From positions 3,720,001-3,784,000 of the forward strand of contig OZ176050.1 in the NCBI GenBank assembly GCA_964247055.1: a stretch of 64,000 nucleotides of DNA, in the 5' to 3' direction. The position numbers and the translations under genes were made by a program. Under the pieces are notes generated by a model, which made no database searches, was not told the origin of the DNA, and was given only the letters and a program-made list of their open reading frames with translations. Each line of letters begins with the position of its first letter. Within the stretch, counting starts at the first letter, position 1. This document shows positions 13,870 through 25,599 of this stretch, piece by piece. The stretch is from Paragordius varius. Its lineage: Eukaryota; Animalia; Nematomorpha.

Positions 13870-14130
13870 TTATCAAAAAGCCAAATTTATACCACAAATC
13901 TGTAGATTAAAAGACAAATTGATACCACAAATCGGTACCTTACACGTTTATTCCAGGAAATTAAGGTAATATAATATTTATTATACTAATATTTTAGTTT
14001 TATTACTTGCAACATTATTAAAAAGCCAAATTAATACCTCAAATCGGTAGCTTAAAAGACAAATTGATACCACAAATCGGTACCTTACACGTTTATTCCA
14101 GAAAATTAAGGTTATTTATTATACTAATAG
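13870..14130 (+). repeat. Two-copy ~150-bp direct repeat in the hAT left arm
   Basis: aaaagccaaat...gataccacaaatcggtaccttacacgtttattcca occurs at ~13877 and ~14021. Confidence 0.85.
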
Positions 14131-14138
14131 TAGTTAAT

Positions 14139-15984
14139 ATGAGCACAAAAAGAGGTTGTAAATTCAACGATGAATTAATGAAAGATTTTCCATTTATCAA
14201 AAAAACGAAGAATGAATCATCTGTTAAATGTCTTATATGCAAAGGGAATTCACCTTAGCACATGGCGGCAAGCATGATATTACAAAGCATATGGAAGCAC
14301 AGAAACATAAAAAATGTTTAGATATGGCGGCATCACCTTACAAAATGAGCGATTTTTTTCGAAAAACCGCTTTTGGATAGAAAGAAAAGAATTTGGCACT
14401 AGCTGAGGGCGTGTTATCTTTTCACGCCGTTAATCAAAATCATTCCTTTAGATCTATAGACTGTACCTCACAGGTTATTCGCACGTTCCATAAAAAATTT
14501 ACATGTGCCGTACAAAGGGTGAAGCCATTGTGTGCATGCCCTTTCGCCACATGCATTTTCTGAAATACAAAAAAATTTGCTGAAAATTAATTTCTTATCT
14601 ATATACTCTGATGCATCAAATCACCATGAAACAAAATTATTTCCCACTTTAATAAGATATTTTGATTCAGAAACCGGAGTAAAAATTAAAATTTTTTTAA
14701 TTTTTTTACCCGGTGAAAATTCCGAAATAATATTTACTTCAATAATGCATATTCTAGAAAAAAATAATTTAAAAGACAAAATTATCGCATAGCGCTGACA
14801 ACACCAATACGAACTTTGGTGGAAAAGCAAGGAGGGGAACAAAAAATATTTTTTAATTAACAAATAATCTAATCAAAACATTATTGGCGTTGGGTGTGCA
14901 GCGCATATAATACACAACGCTATTCAAACAGCTGCATATTTGTTATCCCTAGATGTGGAAAATGTAGTTGTAATATATTCCTATTTTTATATATACACAT
15001 TACGTGTTGAAACGCTTAAAGAATTCTGTGAAAATGCAGAAGTTCAATATTAAAAAATCCTTGGATATTGTAAAACTCGTTGGTTAGCTTTTATGCCAGC
15101 TATCGAAAGAATTTTAAAAATGTATGATCCTTTAAAATCTTTTTTTTATCACAGGACAAATGTCCTACTACTTTAAAAAAAAGTGATTCTTCAAAAATAT
15201 GGTTAGAATTCTTACATAATCAAGCTTCTCTTTCAAAATGTTATTAAATTTATAGAAGGTAACAAAATTTCGGCAATCGAAGTAGCCAATGAAGTTAGTA
15301 CTAAAATTCCAATGTCAAGAACGGTTAGAAAATAATTTTATACCATTAAACATCCGCAATATAATAAATAATTTAGAAAAACAAGGCTTAATAAATCGCC
15401 AAGATATCCTGTACCATATAAAAATGTTTTATACAAACTGTAAAGATTATTTGGAAGACTGGACGACACAATTCAATGGAATTGATTATTTTCATCGGAT
15501 AACATTAAAATCAAAATTTAATTGGTGCGATGTTCAAAAATCATTTGATTATATCTGTTTCCAAAAATTATCAAAAAGTAATCTTTCAGAAAATGATATT
15601 TTTTCTGAAGTATCATTAGTTAAAAGATATATTAATAATGAAAAACTTAAATTGTGGGCAAAAGAAAAATATACAGTAGAAAAGAAATGGTTGGAAATAC
15701 TTCATCATTGTGAAGCCAACTATATTACATACAATAATATTTTAAAAATTGTGGAATTCGCACTATCTTTACCTGGAACCAACGCTGCTACTGTGCGCGT
15801 TTTATCCACAGTAAATCAGGTGTCGACATCGGAAAAATCAAATTTAAATGTTGAAACTTTAAAGGCCGTTTTATCTGTCAAATATAATTTGACAAATTTT
15901 TGTGAAGACTTCTACAATGTTTTAAAAAATAATGACAATCTGCTAAAACGCATTCACTCAAACAAAAAATATACCAAAGAATAA
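14139..15984 (+). pseudogene. hAT transposase, frameshifted
   Basis: N-terminal zinc-finger-like KCLICK...HGGKHDITKH. Core SIYSDASNH, DNTNTNFGG, GVGCAAHIIHN, KTRWLAF. hATC dimerisation region LSLPGTNAATVRVLS. Several stops and frameshifts. Confidence 0.9.
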
Positions 15985-16019
15985 AATATTTTCTGTAAAG
16001 TTTTTGTATTAATAATTAA

Positions 16020-16830
16020 AATTATTTAAAATATTGTATAAGTCTTCATAATTTGTCAAATTATATTTTAACACATAAAATGGCTTTTAATCAACATTTA
16101 AATTTGATTCCGTGTCCTTACTTAATTTACTGTGGAAAAACGCGTTTAGCAGTGGTTCAGGTAAAGATAATGCAAATTCTACACTTAAAATATTTTTGTA
16201 TGGAACATAATTTGTTTAAAAATGATTATTTTAACCATTTCTATCCTAAGTATTTTTTTCTGTTGTTCATAATATAAGTTTTCATTCATTATATTTATTG
16301 GGACTTCATAAAAAGTGTCATTGTGCACCGTCTTGTCTTCCAAATAATCATTTCTGTTTGTAAAAAACATTTTTATATTCTGGCTATTCATTGAGACTTG
16401 TTTTTCTGGATGCTTTATGATACGATTAGGTAATGGTATAAAATTATTTTCTAACCTTTTTTGACTTAGAATTTTGACCTTTGTCCTGTGATAAAATATA
16501 GGATTCTAGGAGATCACATTTTTATAAATATTTCAATCGCTGGCAAAAGAGCTAACCAACAGTTCTACAATATCCAAGCATTTTAACATCTATATTTTCC
16601 ACATCCAGGGGTAACAAATCAGTAGCTGTTTGAATAGCGTTGTGTATCTGCCAATAATGTTTTGATTAAGATTATTCGCTAAATTGTTAAAATATTTTTT
16701 GTGCCGCTTCTTGCATCACCCAGCGCCCTTTGTGATTATTTCGTCATTATTATTTTTTCTAGAATATTACAATCACTTCACCCTTGGTTCGTGCAAGTAA
16801 ATTTATTGAATAAGGTACAAACAACCTGTA
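16020..16830 (-). repeat. Deletion-riddled inverted copy of the transposase 3' half, inside the same element
   Basis: Reverse complement aligns collinearly to ~15930 back to ~14700 (atttgacaaat.tgaagact; gattatttggaagac; tatcacaggacaaa; tacacaacgctattcaaacagct). Confidence 0.85.
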
Positions 16831-17385
16831 AGGTACAATTTTTTTATATTTATAATGTATTTGTGTTAAAAATAAATAAATATTACAATAAATTTTTTGT
16901 ATAAAAATTTTTGGTTGTACGCCCCAATGACCCCCCTTCTCAGATTTGTCCCGCTTTTTCCTTCAAAAAATCTGGTCACCTTAGCTATGTATTAACCTTG
17001 TCGCAAAATCATGTACATTGAGATGCAATGGACAATATTAATGAACAAGTTAGCGTGCATCTAGAAAAATGGTATGCAGTAATTTTAAAAAGTTTTTAGT
17101 ATCCCGATTCTGAATTAAAATGTTGAGAGTTTTAAATTTCACCAGACAATTTAAGCTATATTTAAAAAGATTCATACTACAATTTTATTCATAAGTTAAA
17201 AATTAATATTCACAAAATATTATGCTCGCTAATGTTGTATCTCATAAATTATTTATACCATTCATTCTGTTTTTATTATTTTTTTTTCATAGAAGGGGGA
17301 CAAAAGAGACAGAAGAAGTTAATTTGGGCGATTTTCTCCGAAAACCTTTTTCATATCATCAAATTTTATTTACACAAAATCTTTC

Positions 17386-18764
17386 ATGAGTTACATATAT
17401 AAACAGTATTTGATACGTGGCTTAGTCTTTACATTTAGCTGCAAACTTACCATACTATTGGGCATTGCTGCTCTAGAAACCATCGGGTGGATTAAAAATG
17501 TTCGAAAAAAGCGGAAAATCAGAGCAAATATGTTAGGGGAAGACGTGGAAAACTTGGAAGCATTTATTAAACCCCACGTAAGTGAATCTGTATACAGCCG
17601 AGAAACTATTGGCAACTTTAAAAAAATTCTTATAATTTGCATCATTTGTGACATTTATTTGGACAGTCAACATATCGTGAATCTTAACATGGAAAATGAG
17701 GATTGGAATATTATGTCGCATCGGTCATTCAACATTTTCAAATGCAAATTCGACCCTTTCATCTATAAAGTTACAACGGGGATCGGTAACTTTGGAAGGT
17801 ATGTCCTAATTTTGTATAAATTTCAACATTTCTTACCAATCCATCATCCCATGTACAAATTGACGGAGTTTCTTAGCTCAGACATAAATCTTGATTCCGT
17901 GGCTGAAGTGACAGTTATTACAATCTTACTTCTAAATACCCCGTTCATTCTTATGGCCAAGCTTTATAGGATGCAGGGAACGTATCTTTGTCTCAAAAGC
18001 CAATACTTCATAAACTTGGATTCGTTTGTCTTTATACTTATTTGTACGTTTTTACCCCTAGCCATATCTATACTGGTGTATTGGGTCATCCTGAAAGACA
18101 TGATTAATGTCAATTATCAAATTCATAAATCTATGATGCACCATAGGAGAGAACAAGTGCGTGTTTTTATGCGCCGAACAAGCCGAAACATATTTTTTCA
18201 ACAGGTGGATAAAATTAAAGGAACAATCTCAAATATGAGAACGGTTAAATTTTGGATGGAATTTTATGACGTGTGTAAAGCCATTTTGTTTCATACAAAT
18301 GCTCTTTTATACTTTGGTCTTCAATCACTTATTATATCTGGACTAGTGTTAAGCATTAAAAAACCCGTTGCTATCCTGCTCTATCTCAAATACATTTACT
18401 ATGGTTGTGCATTTAGCCTTTTCATCAAAGATTTGTATCATATATACAATTAATTCTTTCCAATTTAATTCTTTCTTTCAAATATAAACAATTTATCAAT
18501 ATATTAACATTGGAGCATCTAACTAAATTTGCAATTGTTTTGTGGTCCGCATATATCTTGTTTTACGGGTTATGTTGCATCACGATTTTTGGCATTTTCC
18601 ATGAGCATATTTTTAATGTTTCTATACGCAATAATAATAATAATAATAATAATAAATATTATGTCGATTGCTCAACAAATACGAGACGTATAAAAAAACA
18701 TAAATATTCCATTAGTAAAATGTGTTGCGTAATGAGCCCAAAAAAACAAACCAAAGCACACTAA
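17386..18764 (+). CDS. Divergent intronless rhodopsin-like (class A) 7TM receptor, ~459 aa, with one frameshift at ~18420-18450
   Basis: Seven hydrophobic segments: TM2 IICDI, Cys atop TM3, HP after TM3, TM4 Pro, ECL2 Cys, TM5 FLPLAISILVY, TM6 Pro. TM7 lies in ORF 18510-18764, whose frame is open from 18417 and overlaps the first ORF. Confidence 0.65.
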
Positions 18765-18779
18765 TTAGTAATTAACAAT

Positions 18780-21350
18780 TTAAAATAAATGGTATATGGT
18801 ATACTTTTTCCATTTACTATGATCCAATTTGGCGAATCCCCCTTTCGATTGTATAGCAATGTGAGATAAATATTTACCCAACCAAAGCAAATCTTCATCC
18901 TTCGTTTCAACGTTATCATGAGTATTATGATAAGCGTATATCTAACATAAACAGTAAAATAGCATGTTCAGTTAAAATAATGCAAAATGATCTTATATGA
19001 TAAATACCAAATTAATATGATATTTCAATATGGCTCTACATAAAAACATAAAAAGTCTTAATGTGATCATTAGATAATGATGTCAAAATTTTTTGAAAAC
19101 ATAAAAAAAATAACTATAAAAGAAATTTATTATCGCCAAATTGCAATGTATAAGATTAAAATCAACCTTAATCCCATTGTTGGGGTTCATGAGGAAATTG
19201 TGTCGACAGTCATCTACAATCACAGTGTTATCTGCATTGTAGTATTCTGGAAATTTACCCCATATAACACCCAACGGTTTGACCTTTTTTACATAAAAAA
19301 TTGTCAGGATACGTCTCAAATGGTACTTTATTAAATAAAAGAGACCATTATATTAAAATAAATAGAATTATTTAAAACGTTGAAGATATGAAATGGTTAA
19401 AATTAAACCCAATATATTTGTCATTATAACATGAAAACCAATTTGCTTGATTAAATTAAAAATACAATTGCCTTTTTAATAATTCAGTATTTATGCCTTA
19501 TACATAGTTTGCAAAGTTAATAGAAAACTTAAATCAATCTAAACGTTAAGGCTTAATAATAATAATTTAAGTGTTAAACACTGGATAATCACTTAAAACC
19601 ATATAAAAACAATTAACACTATATTAAATTTAAATGTTTGTTAAGATCCCAAGAGTTAATCCTGGGTTTTAGCTGTAAATTTATTTTTGTGAAAAATGGC
19701 GATATATATTTATTGTTTAAATTTAAAACTCTATTTAAAACATTCTGTTGTTTTGTTAACCAGTTCAAATTTTTCCTGCAGCTTAGAGTGACGCGGTGAA
19801 ATAAAAAATGACGTAAACATAACATTCTTGACCATATTTTGCGTTTTTAATTTTGTAAGATATTTAGGAGCATTTATTTATTGGTTATAAAGTATTTATG
19901 TGTTACATATTGATTAAAACTATTCTGTATAAATGGATTATAAATTTTATCCTAATATAAAATTTTGAACCATAAATTTTAACATTTTCCAACTTCTGGT
20001 ACTTCCATATGCCTCACCTGAACCTTTTTATGTATTACCCTTTTAGTTGTACAATCATATACCTTCTCTCTGTAAATTAATGCTTATCAATTGTTCTTAA
20101 TAAAATTTGTAAAAAACCAAATATAAACGAAAATGGTGTCATGCACACAATTTATATATAATGATCGCGGAAAATAATTAGCTAAAATATCCGCAAAAAG
20201 GGTCAATAAAGCAATATCTTACATCTACTAAACCGCGGTCCTCAGTGTAAACGGAAATCATTGCAGCTCGATCAAGAAAAAAGCTAATTTTGTAATCAAA
20301 TCCGGTGCCAGATTCCTCCTGTAAAGCTTGTCCTAACTGACTTATTTTCGATTCAATGTATTTCATATTGGTAGCGGCTAAAATTAAAAAAATAAAATTG
20401 TTGTACGGTTGGCATATGTAAAAAAAATATTAGAAATAGTAGTTAGGAGTTAAAATAAATTTGTTTAATTTTGAGAAAAATGGCAATTTCCAATATTTAC
20501 CAAATTTAGTACTTATTACTTTAATATGAATAGAAACAAATTACTTTAATATCAATTAATAAATATTTTTACTTTACCTTAATCATTATTAAAAACCTAA
20601 AGTTATATATAAAAACATACTTAGTAACATAAATAGAGAAATTTGATTTAATTAATTTAATATTTTTCACTATTAAAAAAGGGGGATTTTGGATTATAAA
20701 AAAAGAAACATAAAAAAATTAAAATATTACACCAAATGCATATATCATAATATTCATATACGGTGTGCAAAAAATCATGGAGATATGGGCGCATTAATTC
20801 AGAACCCTTTTCGGCGTATGATTTATGATCTTAAAATAGATAAGTTTATAATAACCAAAAATAGTTCCATCTATGTCCAAAACAAGTAAATTTTTGCCAG
20901 GTCTAGGCTTTGTAAATACATTTATATCATAATTATCAATTCTTTGTTGAATCTTGTCCAAATATATCTGCCTTAAGGGTAATAATTATTTCAAAAACCT
21001 TAAATGAAGGGCTGTTTCTTCTTCAACACAAAAATCGTCTAAATCATTTTTTATTTCTTCTACTGGTTTATATTCATCAAGCTAGCGACTTAAAGGAAAA
21101 AAACTTGTTCGTTTGATCCAATAACCATAATCTTCATCCCATCTTTAATATTTGTTTTTTCCAACGAGTCATCATCATTCCCTGTATATATATATAATTA
21201 AAAAACACCTTTTATCCCAATTAATTTTTGACGATCTGGCAATACATTGGTTAAATCAAATATCTTCAATTTTAAATCTAACAATTTGGACTTTTCATTT
21301 AAATCCGCAATTTTAAAATTGTTTTTATTCCATTTTATGTGTATTAACAT
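18780..21350 (-). CDS. UBLCP1: Ubiquitin-like domain-containing CTD phosphatase 1
   Basis: 8 exons: 21350-21209, 21181-21105, 21081-20999, 20971-20856, 20829-20731, 20377-20223, 19283-19167, 18941-18780; all GT-AG and phase-compatible. [13 protein letters not shown]; HAD motif LLVLDIDGT; [33 protein letters not shown]. One missing T near 18835 in the last exon. Confidence 0.95.
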
Positions 21351-21367
21351 TTGATCATATGCCGACC

Positions 21368-21535
21368 ATGCCTCCGCCACCGTCAAACTTGAAACTTATT
21401 TTGAAAGATTTATACAAAGATCCGTTCAAATTTGCGCTTATTAAAAGTTGGGGAACATTTGCTTTCAGTGTTTGGTTTGTACGGCATGTATTAGAAAATC
21501 TGGATTTATTTGGGATCAATCCTCTGCCATTATAA
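21368..21535 (+). CDS. TOMM6: Mitochondrial import receptor subunit TOM6-like small membrane protein (55 aa)
   Basis: MPPPPSNLKLILKDLYKDPFKFALIKSWGTFAFSVWFVRHVLENLDLFGINPLPL*. The D..F..LI...G.FA..VW..R.L..LDL pattern matches TOM6 as I recall it. GC-enriched island, gccgaccATG context, AATAAA overlapping the stop. Below the 60-aa ORF cutoff. Confidence 0.7.
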   Translation: MPPPPSNLKLILKDLYKDPFKFALIKSWGTFAFSVWFVRHVLENLDLFGINPLPL

Positions 21536-22977
21536 ATAAATGTATATACTTCCATATATATATTGTTTTTAAATGTGATTATATTGAAACATATTAGGAA
21601 AATATTTATTTAGTCTTTATTCAATTATTAATGATTTTTTGTCTCGGTCATAATTCGTAAATATATTTAATTATAACTAGCAATTTATATTAAAAGTCTG
21701 ATAAATTTTTCAAACTCATACCCGTTTTTTTTATATTTCTTTTAATTTCTTTGAATATTTACCCTACAAATAAAATATGTCTCGCCAAAAATATGCTTTG
21801 GGCCCAATCAATTATTGTCATTTTTTGCATATTTGGTTAAGGAATTTTATTTATTAAATTATAAAAAATTATGCGCGTTGTTTTTAAAATATATGAAAAC
21901 AAAGCTTACAAAAATACCTATATTTTAAAGCTAGAAAATTTTTAATAAATTAAAATTGCCTAGAATATAATTATTTGTTTAGGGAGAGTGTATATGATTA
22001 AGAATATTTAATAAGGAAAATTTAAATTTTAAGGTATTTGGTTCTAATTTACGACATTTATATAACAATATTCAGTTAATAGATAAGGTTTGCTTCAGTC
22101 GTAGCCTTTGACAATTCTAGTTAAAGTTATATGGGTATATCAGTGAAAACAGTCAATATGGGGCGTGTATTAAAATTAACAGCTATATTAACTGCTAAAC
22201 TCCCTAAGCTAAGGGGCGTGTAATATCAAAACAACAAATTTTAAATAATTTTGAGATCATAAGGATTAGAAATAGATAATGCCGTCTATCAACGAATGTG
22301 AAGGTGATATTTTAACCGCATGACTGAACAATGGAAGCGGGCTAGATATAAGAAATTGACTTGAAAGAATGGCTAAAAATGTTTCCAATTCCTCATATAT
22401 ATTTTTACGTAACTTTAATTAATTATTTCAAATCAGCACCCATGACCATTTATTTCATAAACTCTTTTTATATATTTTTCCAATTTTAATTTTATGAGCA
22501 GAAGTTTAATATAATATCTAGGTTCATAAATACAAACCATTAAGCAAAAAACCATTTCTAAGGCCTCTTGTGAGTCAGTCTATTATTATAACTGTGATTC
22601 AACCCATATTTTGCTATAAAAATTTAAAGCCATATCAGCAAACAGAGGTAATCACCAAAAAAATATTTTTTTGTCAAAGGCCTTGTACTATATATTGATA
22701 TTCCAAATATCTCTAAATAAGTATATTAAAAAATTAAAATAAATATTCATGGCCATAAAAAGCACTTTTTGGCCACGGTATGAGTTATACCGCTTTACAT
22801 CATATCATATAGCATCAAAGCGAAAAAAATTATTTATTTAATTTTTCGATCGTTTACACATTTTGCAACAGGTGATATAACTTTTGTAATACAAGTTTCA
22901 TAAAATCTTAACAAAAAATTTAAAATATGTTCTGCATGGCAGCATTAAACTCATTAAAGTGATGGTTGCGTTGCTTT

Positions 22978-23916
22978 TTATCCATGATGTTTTCCATAAT
23001 TTCTTGAGCTATATCCTCCGTGGTGGTGATGTCCATAACCTCTATGAGATCTTCCATACGAGCCACCCTGATGTCTCTCATAGTTAGTCCCGTAGCTTGC
23101 GTGTCCGCCATATTGCCTACCATATGATGATCGTCTGCCATGTCCTTTCCAACTCCAGTCATTTAAGGTGCGTTTATATCTTTTGTTATAGGCACCACCA
23201 TGATGTCCCAAAGAGCGATATCCGCTATATCGATGATGATGACCCCCTGAAATAAATCAAACGTTTGAGAAAATACTAAGGATGGGAATAATTGATTGAT
23301 AAATGTATACTATTTTCGGTTTAAAATTTTTAAACCAATATAATTATCAAAGAGCAACACATTACTATGAATAGTAATAACTAAATGCGTAATTATTTAA
23401 TAAAAATTAAAAGAATGAACAATTTCACTTGAAATTAATTTTTATTAAATAAATACGGATGTCCTTTATATTTATCATATTCTTTTGCTTGTATTTAATG
23501 TAGTTTAATGAATAATTAGCTATATACCTCCCCGGTGACCATGACTTTGGCCATAATTGTATCCATAATTTCTTGTTTCATGATGATAACCATAATGTGA
23601 CCTGCCTCTGCCATAATTTAAATCTCGTTTGCTACGTGCTGAACTTAAAGGTAAAATATTTTGCGTCTCATCATCACCGACATCTTGTGCATCTATTGAT
23701 TCTCTGACGTACCTTTTTCCAGTTGAATCGTCTTCAAAATCATTTTCGAATGGGACAGATGGTACTAAATTATCATTTTCAATTTCTTTATTCGCTTGAA
23801 CGCTGACAAATATGAAGAGGCAAATGCTCTATATGACAATAAATAAAATATTTTAAATCCGTTATGACATTACCTTTTTAAGCAGTTTATACTTCAAAAT
23901 ATTGATATATATTCAT
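22978..23916 (-). CDS. Secreted prepro-peptide A, Gly/His/Tyr-rich (197 aa)
   Basis: Exons 23916-23893, 23828-23528, 23246-22978. Signal peptide ...SICLFIFVSVQA; acidic pro-region; RSKR|DLNYGRGRSHYGYHH...; second site RYKR|TLNDWSW...; ends KHHG*. Exon 1 is the least certain part. Confidence 0.8.
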
Positions 23917-25599
23917 TAATGTTGCGTTTTTTACCTTGAGCAATCTTCTTAATATATTTGGATTATGAAATATTGGTTGTATTATGTTTATTTGTGTTTT
24001 TTTTTTCAATTAATAATGATATTTGGATTTCCGAATATGTGGAAACTGTTTTTATTATCTAAAATACTTTAGTATTATATCATTTTGATGTATTAATTGA
24101 AAATGATAAAAAAATTATTTTTATGTTACTTTAACCTTTTTTTAAAACCAAAAAAGCGTTTTGGGATAATTCAGAACCTAAACCGCGGTTTCATAAAATA
24201 TAAGTTTAAAATTTATCTTTTTAATTTTATACGATGAAAATTAAATTTTTTTATATTTTTATTTTTTTCAGCCTTATGCCTCATCAATATTTATTAGTTA
24301 TAGTCATTTTGTAGAAATTAGGTTTGTAAATTCAAATAAGGAACCGAAATCAAAACCATTTTTTATACAAAAAACAACAGAACTAAAATTTTTGGAGCAG
24401 AACACAGTGAAATCGGAACCAATAACCGTTTTAATCCAAGAGCAAAAATGAAAAGTATATAAGGATAAACACATAAAAATTAAGTATAGTGTAATGTAAA
24501 TTACCAATAGAAGTATGAGTTGGGGTTTCATATCAAACGATACAAATGTATTAGATTTGATGAAAAAGTAGTGCTTGCTTAAAAAAACTTGCCTTTTTAT
24601 ACCTTTTTACCAGACACATCAATTGACCACCGTTTTGAAGGTTAACGTTATTGTCGCAATATTAATTGTGGTTTTTATCGTCGATGTAACTTAATTTTGT
24701 AAAATTTATGATAAATTATTATTTAACCTTATCACTTTTATTTAACCGAGGATAACATTTTGATACTATAATTATCAGTGATCTTTATAATTTTTTATGA
24801 ATAATTTATGTATAATGATATTTTTACATGGACAATTATTGTCAACTCTACGATTATGATTTAAAGAATATAAATAATTCAAGTCTACCATGTAATTTTT
24901 GCAATTAAAACCTTGATTTGTCAAAATTACCATTATTGTCATAAAATAATCGATTTATTATAAAATCATAGTTATCATTTGTGAATGATGAACGATTACT
25001 AAACTGTATATGGGTTTTATATGCTAATCTATTCGCTATCCTCTTAGGGGGCAGTCTAAGGATAAATATATATTTAAAAACATTATATGGGTCATAACTT
25101 TAAAGGGATAGAAAATACAAAAATGCTAAATTCAAAATAAACATTATATTTAAATAGATAACGACCTTTAAACCAGTCAACTTTAAATTAATTTTAAAAT
25201 TATTATTTTATATCTATGTTTTTGATTTAAAACCAAATCCTTTTTATCACTTCATTATTATCTTTTTAGGTAGTTTTTTACCCAGAGCGATTGTGAATTC
25301 CAATATTTTAAGACATATAGGACCAAATTTAAAATAAAGCAATCTATGGCAATTTAGGGGCGCAATATTAAAAAATTAAAAGTACTATTGTAAAAACACA
25401 TTCCCATACGTTTTGCCGCCATTTTTTTCCTGGATTTTTTAAGGATAGGCACTTATAATCTATGTTGCATAGAATTCTAGTTTATGCCCTTTAAATCTCT
25501 AAAGATACAGTCAAGAAGGCATTTAATTAAAAAAAATTGGGAGAAAGAAATCCTCAAAAATTAAATGATGAATTAACAGTTAATATTGCAATCATAGCT

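Larger units (their letters stand above)
13586..16983 (+). mobile_element. hAT DNA transposon, Blackjack-like
   Basis: Perfect 13-bp TIR TAAGGTGACCAGA (13586-13598) / TCTGGTCACCTTA (16971-16983). 8-bp TSD GCTATGTA at 13578-13585 and 16984-16991. Subterminal gtcccgcttt repeats. The terminus resembles the AGGGTGACCA..GTCCCG ends of hAT-Blackjack elements. Confidence 0.95.

Noticed and set aside
13870-14130. CRISPR-like or satellite array
   Set aside because: Only two ~150-bp direct copies inside a eukaryotic hAT arm; no repeat-spacer structure and no cas genes.
21355-21555. 66-aa minus-strand ORF upstream of UBLCP1
   Set aside because: Antisense shadow of the TOM6-like ORF; no recognisable motif.
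22920-23162. 80-aa Met/Asp-rich ORF
   Set aside because: Alternative frame of the Gly/His/Tyr exon of peptide gene A; splice phase selects the other frame.
20830-23830. Stop-codon reassignment to explain in-frame TAA/TAG in conserved genes
   Set aside because: Each stop falls inside a GT-AG segment whose removal restores the conserved alignment without extra residues; true stops use TAA, TAG and TGA normally.
24304-24531. 75-aa ORF with a hydrophobic N-terminus between the two peptide genes (third paralog?)
   Set aside because: No acidic pro-region, FEDDS, RxKR or Gly-rich part. T-rich DNA readily gives hydrophobic frames, and all frames here are similarly open. Not excluded without RNA data.
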